From positions 62,001 through 126,000 of the forward strand of contig OZ251255.1 of assembly GCA_965240325.2 (NCBI GenBank): DNA of 64,000 nucleotides, given 5' to 3'. Origin of the DNA: Rebecca billardiae RCC1528 (taxonomy: Eukaryota > Protista > Haptophyta). The notes beneath the pieces were generated by a model. The model did no database searches. It had not been told where the DNA came from and saw nothing but the letters and a program-made list of their open reading frames with translations. Both the position numbers and the translations under genes were made by a program. Of the stretch, positions 12,484-23,294 are shown in pieces (positions within the stretch are counted from its first letter, which is position 1; every line of letters begins with the position of its first letter).

Positions 12484-13824
12484 TCATTGCCGCGCGGAGC
12501 GGATGGTCGCCGGCAGGCTGCCGACGCCGTCGGGCGCGCCGGGCGCGGCCGCCCTGCCGCCGGCCGCGTCGGCGCGCGCGCCCGCGCCGCCGCCCGCCTC
12601 GCGCGGCAGCGCCGTGCCGGTCGCCGAGCGCGGCAGCGCGCGCGCGCGCGCGAGCGGCGAGCAGCCGTGCGGCGTGCGCGTGGCGGCGCGCGCGCTGTCG
12701 GGCTCGTCCACGCCGTCGGCGAGCTCGGCGCGGCAGCGCGCGCGCACGCCCTCGACGTGCACCTCCGAGAACGGCGCGAGCTCCGCCGTCGTGCGCACCG
12801 TGCCCAGCTCGAGCACGCCGCGCCCGAGCGGCTGGAAGAGCAGCGAGCGCACGTGGCACTGGTCTGCGAGCCCGTCGCGCACGTACGGCGTGGCGCAGCC
12901 GAGCGGCCCGGCGGGGCCGAGGTCGGCGGAGGTGTCGGGGATGCAGAGGGGGCGGCGCGTGGTCCACACCTGCCCGGGCACGCACCCGCCCGGCGTGAAC
13001 GTGTACGCGCGGCTCCGCTGCGTGTACATGCTGCCGAGCACGTACGCGTCCTCCGCGCCGGCCGCGCACGCGCGTGCGGAGAGGCAGGTGAGCTGCACGG
13101 ACAGCATGGACGCCGAGAGCGTGGACGCCCAGTAGATGGCGAAGTCGGCGGCCGACTCGTCGAGCAGCGCCTGCACCGTCGCGTGCAGCGCCGCCTCCTC
13201 CGCGCGCGCCGCGAGGTCGAACGACGACAGCGAGCGCCGGCCGCCGCGCTCCATCGACGGCGGCGCCGGCGCCGGCGCCGCCGCCGCCGCGCCGGCGGCC
13301 GCGGGCGCGCCGGCGCGGCCGGGGTCGTCGCCGGCGCTGCGCGAGCGCGCGAGCGCGCGGCGGAGCGGCGAGCCGAGCTGCGCGTCGGACGCGCGGAAGC
13401 GCGACGGCTCGAGCGGCGCGCCCTCGGCGAGCAGGTACGGCGGGAGCGGCGCAGCCGGCGGCGGCGGCGCGAGCGACGCAGCCGTCGTCGTGGGCGGCGG
13501 CGGCGCCGGCGCGTCCGCCGCGCCGACGGGGGCGGCGGCGGCGGCCGGGGGGGCGGGCCAGCCGCGCGGCGGGTGCGTGTCGAGGGCGGCGTCGCGCAGC
13601 GCGAGCTCCTCCTCGTCCACCGAGAACGTCGACTCGGACGAGTTGGAGCTGCCCTCCTCGGCGCGGCGCACGGCGGAGGGGCTGCGCGCCTCGGCGCGGC
13701 CGGCGCCGCGCCGGTGGTCGGCGGGCAGGGCGCCGAGCGGCTTGAGCGGGGGGACGGCGTCGGCGGCGGGCGGGGCGTCCACGCCCATCAGCCCGCCGAG
13801 GCGGCTGAGCGGCAGGCCGAGCAT
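12484..13824 (-). CDS. Protein with a stand-alone GAF-like domain resembling bHLH-MYC_N
   Basis: FAIYW ... YTFTPGGCVPGQVW ... YVRDGLADQCHVRSLLFQPLGRGVLELGT parallels plant MYC N-terminal YAIFW ... F..G.GLPG ... R...A...GI.T....P...GVVELGS; no bHLH visible. Confidence 0.7.
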   Translation of the reverse strand: MLGLPLSRLGGLMGVDAPPAADAVPPLKPLGALPADHRRGAGRAEARSPSAVRRAEEGSSNSSESTFSVDEEELALRDAALDTHPPRGWPAPPAAAAAPVGAADAPAPPPPTTTAASLAPPPPAAPLPPYLLAEGAPLEPSRFRASDAQLGSPLRRALARSRSAGDDPGRAGAPAAAGAAAAAPAPAPPSMERGGRRSLSSFDLAARAEEAALHATVQALLDESAADFAIYWASTLSASMLSVQLTCLSARACAAGAEDAYVLGSMYTQRSRAYTFTPGGCVPGQVWTTRRPLCIPDTSADLGPAGPLGCATPYVRDGLADQCHVRSLLFQPLGRGVLELGTVRTTAELAPFSEVHVEGVRARCRAELADGVDEPDSARAATRTPHGCSPLARARALPRSATGTALPREAGGGAGARADAAGGRAAAPGAPDGVGSLPATIRSARQ

Positions 13825-14755
13825 GGGTGTGTCGCGCCGGGGATTCTCGCGCGCGGCGTCTTTCGGGCTTGGGGGGGCGCTCGCGCCGAGACCGGGGTCC
13901 CAAAGCGGGCTTAGGAGCGTGCGAATTGGTGGTAAGATTCTTTCGGAGCCAAAGCCGACGCCTGTCGCGTCAAACGGCGCGAGAACACCGACGCGAGAAG
14001 TCGAATTTGTTCGATTGGCTTCGCGAGCCCGGTAGCAATTGATTCGGCTTCTCTACCGGCCACCCCTGTTTCACGAATCATCGCCCATGAAGGCTGATAG
14101 CTGCCCGAGCTGATTATGCACGTTAAACATAGGAAATGGAGCGTCGGTATGATCTGCTCATGATGAACCAGCAACATGTACAGAATCTTGCGCTCGGCCG
14201 CACTACTGAATTATGCAGAAGGCGGGGTGCCATTATTGACGACTTCACCGGCGTGCGACTGGTGAGTAAGAAGCGAGCCCACTTGCCACTACCGCACTAC
14301 GAATCATTGTCTTACTCCTACCCATTGGGTATCTTCATTGATCTACGGAACGAGCGGCCGGAAAGCTCACAAATTTGCTCGGTCCATCAAGGGGGTGTGA
14401 TTGCAAGTGATCAATATGAAGCTGAAGGGCCCGCAATTGACCCGTCGGTAGCGAGCGGCGGTTGGGAAGGTGTTTCTAGAGTTTGCGCATACCGCGTTTG
14501 CTATAATCCGTCTTATTTCGTGAGTACGAATTGCGGGTCACGGCGAAGCGTCGTCAATCCGATTAATACATGGTCCCCCTGCACAAAGAATACCGCGAAT
14601 GTTCTGATTATGAAAAAGAAAAAAAGCAGGCCGGCCGCGCGACAAAAAAACGGCGTCCGGGACCACACCCAGCAGGCCAGCACTCCAGCAGCAAGCCGGA
14701 CCAGGCCCGAGCTGCGCGCACAGCACAGCTAAATAGTCACTGCAGGCGGGCCGGG

Positions 14756-15445
14756 CTAGAACTGCGGCTTGGGTCCCTGCGTCGGCAGCAGCTTGAACCG
14801 CTTCTTGCACGTGTAGCGCTGCGCCGAGAACTTGTCGTCCGGCGAGAAGCGCGCTGCGGCGCGGGGCACGCGGCGCGCGGCGCGGCCCGCGCGCGCGGCT
14901 CGGTGGTCAGCTCGGCGGGCCACAGGCGAGGCAGGAGGCGCCCAGCGGCGGCGGCTCGACGCGCGCGGGTCGGCCAGGCACGCACGGCGCGCCCAACGCG
15001 CGGCACACCTGGGTGCGCCGAGATGGTGGGCTTGCCGTCGGGCGCCAGCTTCTGCGCTCGGCAGCCGGCGCGAGCGCGCAGCCGCGGCGGCGCGGGGGCG
15101 GGGCGCCGGGGCGCAGCGCGACGGCGGAGGGCGGCGGAGGGAGGCGCGCAACGGCGACGCGCAGAGGCGACGCGCGGGGCGCGGAGGGGGGGCGATGTGA
15201 GCGCGCAGTGCAGGCGCGCAGCGGCGCACGTGCGCACCGCGCGCGCTGCTGCTCCCCCCTCCCGCCCACGCGCGCGGGAGGCCCGGCGGGCGGAGGCCGC
15301 CCCGAGCCCGGCCTGCCGGCCGAGCGCGCACGGCGGGCGGTGCGCGCCGCGGAGGCGGGCGGGGACGGGGCGCGCGCGCGCGCGCGCGCACCTTGAGCGT
15401 GTACACGCGCTTCCCCTCCGCGTCCTCGTAGTACATCAGGTGCAT
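14756..15445 (-). CDS. NOP10: H/ACA RNP subunit NOP10; exons 15445-15392, 15051-15009, 14853-14756
   Basis: Spliced product is 64 aa: [64 protein letters not shown]; both introns GT-AG. Confidence 0.97.
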   Translation of the reverse strand: [229 protein letters not shown]

Positions 15446-15623
15446 GGCCGCCGACGCGCGCGCGCGAGTGCCTCGATGCCAAGGGCCTCCGGGGCCGCCC
15501 TCGTGCCGCCGCTGCGAGGCCTCACCGCCTCAGCGGCCGCAGCGATGGCTGCCTCAAAGTCCGGGCGCGTCCGGACTCACCCAGTTGGTCGCGCGCCCGC
15601 GCGGCGGCCACTTTCGCTTCGCC

Positions 15624-17301
15624 ATGGACGCGCACGGCGCGCTGCAGCCGGTGGACCTGGCGCCGTACCTCGCCGACCCGACGAGCGCCGAGTCGCGCGC
15701 GCTCTGCGCGCGCGTCGCCGCGTGCCTCGTGCGCACCTCCGCCCTCGTCGTGCGCGACCCGCGCGTCCCCCCCGCCCAGAATGACGAATTCCTCGACCTG
15801 CTCGAGCGGTACTATGCGCAGCCGCGCGCGGCCAAGGCGGCGGACGAGCGGCCGGAGGTGCACTACCAGGTGGGCGTGACGCCGGACGGCGTCGAGCGCC
15901 CGCTCTGCGCCGCGGACGCCGCCCCCGCCTGGTGCGCCGCCAAGCGCGCCGCCCTGCGGCCGGACGCGCAGCCCGCGCCCGTGGGCGGGCCCGACCGCAA
16001 GTGGCGCTTCTTCTGGCGGGTGGGCGAGCGGCCGGCGTCGACGGGGTACGCCGAGCTCAACGCGGCGCAGGTCGTGCCCGCCGCCTTCGAGCCCGAGTGG
16101 GCCGCCACGCTCGACGGCTGGGGCGCGCGCATGCTCGGCGCCGTGCGCACGGTCGCGCAGATGGCAGCGGTCGGCCTCGGCCTGCCGCCCGACGCGCTCG
16201 CCGGCCGGATGGCGGCGGGGCCGCACCTGCTCGCGCCGACGGGTGCGCGCGCGCTGCTCGCGCTGCTCGCGCGGCGTCGCGCCGCGCCGCCCCCCCTCGC
16301 CACGAACCCTAACCCTAACCCTACCCACCCTAACCCTACCCCCACAAGGCTCCGACCTGTGCGCGCACTGCGCGGAGGGCTGTGTGCTGGCGGGGTGGCA
16401 CCGCGACCTCAACCTGCTCACCGTGCACGGCAAGGCGCGCTTCCCCGGGCTGCACCTGTGGCTGCGGGACGGGACCAAGGTGCGGAGCCTCGGGCGCGCG
16501 AGGGTAGGGGTAGGGGTAGGGGTAGGGGTAGGGGTAGGGGATGGACGCTTGCGGGCGGAGGGCGTGGGGCATGTGTGCGCTGGGGCGGGGGCGGAGGAGG
16601 GCGCGGCCAGCCAGGCAGCGGGCTGCGCGGCGCGGCGCGGCGGGGCGCGCGGCTGAGGCAGGCCGCACGGGGGCGCTGCTGCCTGCGCGCGCACACGCGC
16701 ACCGCTCACAGCCCTCCCGCCACCGCGCCCGCCACCGGCCCGCCGGCCCTCCGCCGCGCACCCCCACCCGCACACGCGCCACCCACGCCCCGCCCCCCTG
16801 CCCGCCCCCGCGCAGGTGGCCACCTCGGTGCCGCCCGGCCACCTGCTGCTGCAGGCGGGCGTGCAGCTCGAGTGGCTCAGCGGCGGGCTCATCGCCGCGG
16901 GCATGCACGAGGTGGTCGTCACGCAGGCCACGCGCGAGGCGGTGCGCGCCGCGGCGGCGCGGCACGGGCTGCCGCCGCCGCGCGGCCTGGCCGACGCGCC
17001 GCCGCCCGAGGCCGAGGCGGAGGCCGAGGCCGGCGCCGCCGCGCCGCCGCCCTCCGGACCGGCGCCCCTGTGGCGCGTCTCCTCCACGCTGTTCGCGCAC
17101 GTGGCCTCGGACACGGAGCTGGCGCCGCTGCTGGGCGCGCTGCCGCAGGAGCTGCTCGAGGCCGCGCCCGAGCTCGGGCCGATCGCGGCGGCGCACGACG
17201 CGGCCGCCGCGGCGCGCGCGTACCCGCCCACGACGGCGGGCGAGCAGGTGCTCGCCGAGCTGCGCGGCATCGCGCTCGCCGAGCCGGCGCGTGCCGAGTA
17301 A
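15624..17301 (+). CDS. 2-oxoglutarate/Fe(II) dioxygenase-like (IPNS/clavaminate-synthase-like fold); introns 16243-16348 and 16480-16815
   Basis: HYQVGVTP, DRKWRFFWRVG, HLLAPTG|SDL, WHRDLNLLTVHGKARFPGL (HxD), GMHEVVV (distal His), WRVSSTLF (RxS). Confidence 0.88.
16305..16341 (+). repeat. (CCCTAA)-type telomeric tract just before the 3' splice site of oxygenase intron 1
   Basis: AACCCTAACCCTAACCCTACCCACCCTAACCCTACCCCCACAAG|. Confidence 0.9.
16501..16540 (+). repeat. (TAGGGG)n telomere-variant, G-quadruplex-capable tract near the 5' end of oxygenase intron 2
   Basis: Six TAGGGG units directly visible. Confidence 0.9.
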
Positions 17302-18159
17302 GGCCACGCGCCGGACTGGCCGCCCGAGCCGTAGCGCTGCTGTCATCCGCCGCGGGGCAAGGCGGCCGGACCGTCCGTGACAGTGGGCGGGCTGGACGGC
17401 TGCCGCTGGCGTGATGACGACTAGGCAGGCTTGGGGAGCCCACGGGCGCGGCCCGCCACGCTGTTTGCATCGTGATGCTGTTGTAGTAGTTATTGCGCAT
17501 CGACTCTTATTCGTAGACGCGCTGCCTCGCTCTCAGCTGAGCTCGGGCCGCCGGGTGATGCGGCGATCGACGGCTCGGGCGGGAGCCCGCTCGGACTGAC
17601 GTGACCGGTCATGAGACGACGACATATATTACGACCGAGTTCAGCCCGCGGGCCGAGACGGCGACGCCACGGCTCCCGGCACTCGGCCGCAGGTCGCGCA
17701 CGATAAGACACGACTGCTACACGGTACTGTCAGCGCAGGCGCCCGTAGAGTCTCGTCTATGCTGCGCGCCCTGACTGGCTGCCCACGCCGCCACTGCGGA
17801 GCCCGTGCCGCCGCGCCGCCGCCGCGCCGCCGGCCGCGCTGCCCGCCTGCGTGAGTGAGTGAGTGCGGAGAGCAGAGTAGCAGTAGACCGGAGTGCCAGT
17901 CGTGCCGGCTCGGAGTCGCGGACTGCGGAGCGGCCGGGCCGCGCCCCCGCCCCTCCCTCCAATCGCCCAGAGCAAAGCCCCCCCTCCCTCCCCTCCCCAC
18001 CCAGCCCCGTCCGGCCGCTCGCTCTCGGCCCGGCGTGCGGCCGTTGGCGCCGCCCGTGGCCTCGGCGCGCGCCGCGCTGCCGCCCGCGCGCCGCCGCGCC
18101 GCTCGCGCCGCTGCCGCGCTCGCGCGGCGGCGGCAGTGCCGGCTGGCAGCGCGGCGCGC

Positions 18160-19719
18160 CTACGGCTTGGTGACTGTGAGGTCCGTGCCGCCGCGCAGCA
18201 CGTCCGCCGCCTCCGCCCAGTCGATCACCGTCGGCCTGCCCGCCACGATGTCGTCCAGCTCCGCCCAGTGCGGCAGCCGCTCGTCCAGCAGCGCACCGCC
18301 CAGCAGCACCGCGCGGTCGGCGTGCGGCCGCGCGAGCAGCTCGGAGAGCGAGCGGCCGTCGAAGAGGACGCAGCCCAGCGCGGCGCCCGGGCGCAGCTCG
18401 GAGCCGGGGGCGAACGCGTCGGCGTGCAGCGGCTGCGCCTGCTGCTGCTGCGCCGGCCCCTGCCCCGGCCCCTGCTGCCCCGTGCGCTGCGGCTGCTGCG
18501 GGCTCGGCGCCTGCTGAGGGTTAGGGTTAGGGTTAGGGTTAGGGCACGGCGGTGCCTCCTGCAGCCGCAGCGCCTCGGCGGGCCAGCGGCAGAGGAGGCC
18601 GAGCCACGCGGCGGGCCCGGCGCGCCCCGCCCCGCCCTCGCCGCCCTCCGCCCCCACCCTCGCCGTCTCCAAATGGCCCAGCCGCACCGCCAGCGCCGCC
18701 ACTTCGAGCGGATCGTGGTCACCATACGGGTGCCAGTAGTCGCGCACGTTGTCCGACGCGGCGCCGAGGCGGACGCCCGCGGCGGCGAGCTCGTGGAGGG
18801 CGGTGAGGCCGCGCCACGCGGGGGTGCGCGGGCCGCTCGCCGGGCTCGGCGCCACGCCCACCGGCGGGCGCGTCGCCTGCCTGTCCTGCAGCCCCACGTT
18901 GGTGTGTGGCAGACACAGCAAAGTCAGACCGCCGCGCGGGCGGCCGTTGGTTGGCGCGCGCGCGAGCGCGCCCAGCGCGGCGATGAGGGCGCGGCGCGCG
19001 TCGTCGTCGGGCGTGGCGCGCGCGGCGCCGGCCTCGCCCCGCCCCAGCCCGAGCGCGAGCGCCGTCACGTGCCCCAGCACCACCTCGCCGCCGTACCCGC
19101 CCGCGCGCGCCTCCGCCAGCGGCCCCAGCAACGCCGCGAGCGCGAGGGAGGCGACACTCGGGTCGTTGTGCTCGTCTAGGTGGAGGTCGAGGTCGAGCTG
19201 GCGGCACACGTCGGCGGGGGCGGGGGCGGGGTCGTCGGCGTCGGCGTCGGCGCCCGGCGTGCCCGCGCCGCACGGCGGCGGCGCGAGCGCCGGCGGCTGC
19301 GCGCGCGGCTGCGCGGCCGCGTGCTTGAGCAGGTCTCTGAACCAGCCTTCAAGCTGCGCGCGCGAGGGGCCGTCCGCGGCCGCGCTGCCGCCCTTCGGGA
19401 CGTACGCGCCGAGCACGACGCCGTCGGTCGCGGCGGCGCGCGCGACGAACTCCGCCGCGCCCGCCGCGCTCCGCCCCATCTCCCCGCCGTACTGCGGCAG
19501 GAACAGGTTCGCGACGCCCTGCAGCGCCACGCCGCGCGCGGCCCAGCGCGCGCGCGCGGCAGCAAACTCGGCAAAGACGTGCGCGCACAGCGCGGGGTCG
19601 CCGTCCTGCGCGCCGTCGAGGTGCGTGCGCACGGCGCGCGAGCCGTGCGCGCGCGCGCAGCGCAGCGCAAAGTCCAGCCGCCGGCGCGTCGCGCGCAGCT
19701 GCAGGTCCGTCGGGCCGGA

Positions 19720-19766
<47 letters not shown>

Positions 19767-20125
19767 CGGCGGCGGCGGCGGCGGCGGCGCCGCCGGGCTG
19801 CGGCCGCGGCTGCGAGGGGGCGGGGTCGGGGGCAGCGCGGCCGGCGAGTCGCGCGTCCTCCGCCGCGTCGCGCGCGACCCACCGCCTCCGGTCGCGCGCG
19901 TCGCACACCAGCGCCTCGTTGATCGCCCCCGTCGGGTTGGGTGCGCGCGGCAGCAGGCCAGACTTGAAGAGGTGTGTGTGCGCGTCCACAAACCGAGGGA
20001 GCAGCACGCGCCCGGCCGCGTCGAGGACGAGCGGGGCGGGGCTGAGCGCGGCGCGCAGCGCGGAGCCGAGGCGCGAGGCGAGCGACGCCGCCGGCGCGCG
20101 CGGGGCGCTCGCCGCCGGCACGCCG

Positions 20126-20169
<44 letters not shown>

Positions 20170-20538
20170 GGCGGCGGCCGACGGCGTCACGGAGACGACG
20201 GTGGCGCCGCACAGCGCGATGTCCACGAGCGCGAAGCCGTCGGCGTCCGCGTTCGCGCCCAGCGCGCGCGGCAGCTCCACCGCCGGCACGCGGCACGCCG
20301 CGAGCGTCCAGCGCAGCCCGCGCGCGCGCGCGCGCGCCGAGAGCTCGCGCAGCCGCGCGCACAGCGCGTGCCACTGCGCGGTCGACGTGCACGGCGCGCC
20401 GAGCGGGGGCGGGGCGTGCGCGTCGGCGCGGAGGGCACGCACGAGGCCCGCCGCGGCGAGCACCGCGCCGGCGCCCAGCGCCGCGCCGGCGACGAGCGCC
20501 GCGGGCGAGTCGGCGGCGGCACGCGTCGTGTTCGGCAT
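18160..20538 (-). CDS. Metal-dependent amidohydrolase, bacterial-type cytosine deaminase (CodA)-like
   Basis: FVDAHTHLFK, VRTHLD, LDLHLDE, LGHVTAL, LPHTNVGLQDR, RGLT...AASDNVRDYWHPYGDHDPLE motifs; start at 20538 is inferred. Confidence 0.88.
18515..18544 (+). repeat. Interstitial telomeric tract TGAGGG(TTAGGG)4 in the deaminase gene
   Basis: Sense strand reads (CCCTAA)4CCCTCAG within a P/Q-rich insert. Confidence 0.9.
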
Positions 20539-20778
20539 GGGCGAGCTCGGCGCGGCCGCGCGGGCCCGAAGCGGCACGGCTCGGCCGAATGGCATCTGGT
20601 TGGCCGAGCCGCCAGGTGGCCGCGGGCTGATGAATAAACGGAACGCCGTGAAAGGGCACGTTCGTGCCCGCTTTTGTACGGGGGACTCTGAAACTCCGCG
20701 GCACGGCGAGTGCGCCCTAAAACAAGCTCGCGAAGACGCGAACGGCACGGCGCGAGCGCGACTGGACTTGGGAGCGCG

Positions 20779-21198
20779 ATGATGATGGCGGCGCGGCGGC
20801 TGCACGTGCTCGGCCGGCAGCTCTCGACCGTGCCGGGCGGTATCGCGCGCGTGGGCACCACCGACCCGCGGATGAGCGTCGCCGTCGTGCACGAGCGCTC
20901 CGGCCTCGTCTTCGTCTCGGGCCAGACCGCCGCCTCCGAGGACGGCATCGGCGCGCAGACGCGCGCGGTGCTCGCCAAGGTGGACGCCGCGCTCGCGAGC
21001 GCGGGCACGGACAAGTCGCGGCTGCTGCAGGCGCAAATATGGCTGAAGGACATCGATGCGGACTTCAAGACGATGAACGCCGAGTGGAACGCCTGGGTCG
21101 ACCACGAGAACAAGCCGGTGCGCGCGACGGTGCAGGCGCCGATGGCGCGAGAGGCCATCCTGGTGGAGGTGATGGTCGTGGCCGCCACCAAGGACTGA
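20779..21198 (+). CDS. Rid (YjgF/YER057c/UK114) family protein, YoaB/Rid2-like, with an N-terminal PTS2-like motif
   Basis: RMSVAVVH, VFVSGQ, QTRAVLAKVD..LA.AGTDKSRLL, MNAEWNAWV, PVRATVQA (conserved Arg), LVEV; intronless. Confidence 0.93.
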   Translation: MMMAARRLHVLGRQLSTVPGGIARVGTTDPRMSVAVVHERSGLVFVSGQTAASEDGIGAQTRAVLAKVDAALASAGTDKSRLLQAQIWLKDIDADFKTMNAEWNAWVDHENKPVRATVQAPMAREAILVEVMVVAATKD

Positions 21199-21874
21199 GG
21201 ACCCGGACTGGGGCGCGCCGGGCGGACGCAGCAGCCGCGCCGGGTGGGCGGCGCGAGCGCGGGGCGCGGCGGGGCTCGAGAGGGCGCTGCCCGCGCGCCG
21301 AGCGCGCGCGCTGCACGGCGCGTGCGCCTCGCTCGGCACTCGACGGGGCGCGGAGACCTTGCCCGGCCCTGATGATCCATCACTCATCAGGGAATGTCGT
21401 GATCTGCGTCCGACACAGTCGTCAGCTGCCAGGCGACGTACAGGCCGCGCGGTCGTCGGCTGTGACATCAGACGAGTCTGTCTGGTCAGCATAATTATGG
21501 TCGTCAGACGTGACTAGATTATATATGCCCCGGTTCGGACACGTTGACTCGGGCGCGGCCCGGCGGCGCGGCGGCCGCGGCGGCGCGGCCACCCGCCGGC
21601 CGCGGTCTGCGGCGCAGCACTCTGTGGCTGGTCGTCGTCGGATGGCGAGACATCATGGGGTTGTCGTCGTATGACCGACCCTACCTTCACAGCTGGCGGT
21701 GACGCGTACTTCACAGACACAGTATCGTCATCGTCGCACCAAGAAGCGCTGCTTGCCTGCTTGATTGCTTGAAGGGCGGGGCCGCCAGGCACGGCAGCCA
21801 TGCTGATCCGTGCGCGGAAATGGGCGAGTGCGCCTGCGCGACTGGGGCCTTCGCGCTGGCACGACGACGCCGCC

Positions 21875-22481
21875 ATGGCCACGCCGCCGCAGCACCTGAA
21901 GCGCGTGCTGCTCAAGTACTGCCTGCACTCGGGCTCGAGCCGCGGCGTGCGCTTCTTCCTCGAGCGCGAGCTCCTCGCCTTCGCGCGCGAGCACCCGTCC
22001 ATCCGCGTCGACGTCGCCATCGCGCCGGGCCGGCACCCGACGATGCTCGCCGAGTTTGGTGCGCGCGCGCGCCGCGCGCGCGCGCGGCTGTGGGCGGGCG
22101 GGGGCGCGGGCGCGCGAGCCGGGTGCGCGTGTGCACGGCACGGCGAGCGCCCTGACGCGTGCCCGACCCCCCTCCACCGGACACCCCGCCGCGCGCCGCG
22201 CGCACGCAGCGACGGGCGCGCCGCCTCGGCTGATCTCGCTGCGCAAGGCGACGCCGGCGCACGTGCTGCACTTCCTGCACCGAGTCCGGGATATGTCCGG
22301 GTGGCGCGTGCGCAAGTTCACGCAGAACGGGATGGGACAGACGCCCAGCGTGCAGGGCGAGTGGATGCCCTTCCACGCGCTCGAGCGGCCGCACGAGGTC
22401 GTGCTGGCGGGCGGCGGCGGCGCCGATGGCGGCGGCGGCGCCGAGCGCTCGGCGGCGGGCGCAGCCGCGGGCGCACGGTGA
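21875..22481 (+). CDS. MRPL43: Mitochondrial ribosomal protein mL43; intron 22059-22209
   Basis: LKRVLLKYC.HSGSSRGVRFF...FAREHP...GRHP...AEF|...PSVQGEW is the mL43 (L51/S25/CI-B8) pattern. Confidence 0.88.
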
Positions 22482-22691
22482 GGGCGCGCGCCTGGCGGCC
22501 GGCCGTCGGCGGCGTGCGCTCGGCGGCGGTGGCGATGCCTGCCATGCCGGGCCGGGCGTACCTCGGCGGCGTGCTCCGCTTACGACGGTAGTGACCGCGT
22601 GAGACTACTAGTAGCAGGTCGTTATGATGACGAAAGTGCGCTAGGCAATCACGCTTCCGGAAAAGTGTGCCAGTGATCCAGATTGAAGATC

Positions 22692-23263
22692 ATGACGACG
22701 GTCGGCGGCGGCCGGGCGATGGCGGCTCTTCGGATCGACAACGCGCTCGTCGGGCTCGGCGCGATGACGGCGCTGAGCGTGCTCTGCGCCGCGTACTGCC
22801 AGCGCTTCGTCGCCTCGCTCCCCGCGCGCCACGCCCGCCTGCGCCTCGTCCGCGCCGCGCCGCTCCTCGCCGTGCACGCCCTCGCGCCCCTGGGCTTTGA
22901 CCCGGCCACGGGCGCGGTCGTGTGCGCGCAGCTGGCCGCGACGCTCTTCACGTGGTGGGGCACGATGAAGGTGTTCGCGCTGGTGCTCTCGGACGCGGGG
23001 CCGCTCGCCGACTTTGCCAACGCGGGCGGCGCCACGTTCTGGCTCGCGTACTACATGCCCATCACGCTCGCACGCGGCTCGGCGGAGGCGGAGGCCGGCG
23101 CGGCGGCGCGCAAGGCGGCGCGGCGCGCGGCCGGCGCGGCGCGCGGTGGGTCGGCGCGCGAGGGCGACGAGCGGTTCGTGCCGACGCGCACGTACGCGCT
23201 GCGATTCGCCGCCAAGCTCGTGCTGATGCTCGCTCTGCTCCTCGCACTCGACCCGGCCGGCGA

Positions 23264-23294
<31 letters not shown>

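Noticed and set aside
14136-14732. 198-aa ORF in a lower-GC spacer
   Set aside because: It lacks the GC3 bias of the real genes and has no motif; no element ends found.
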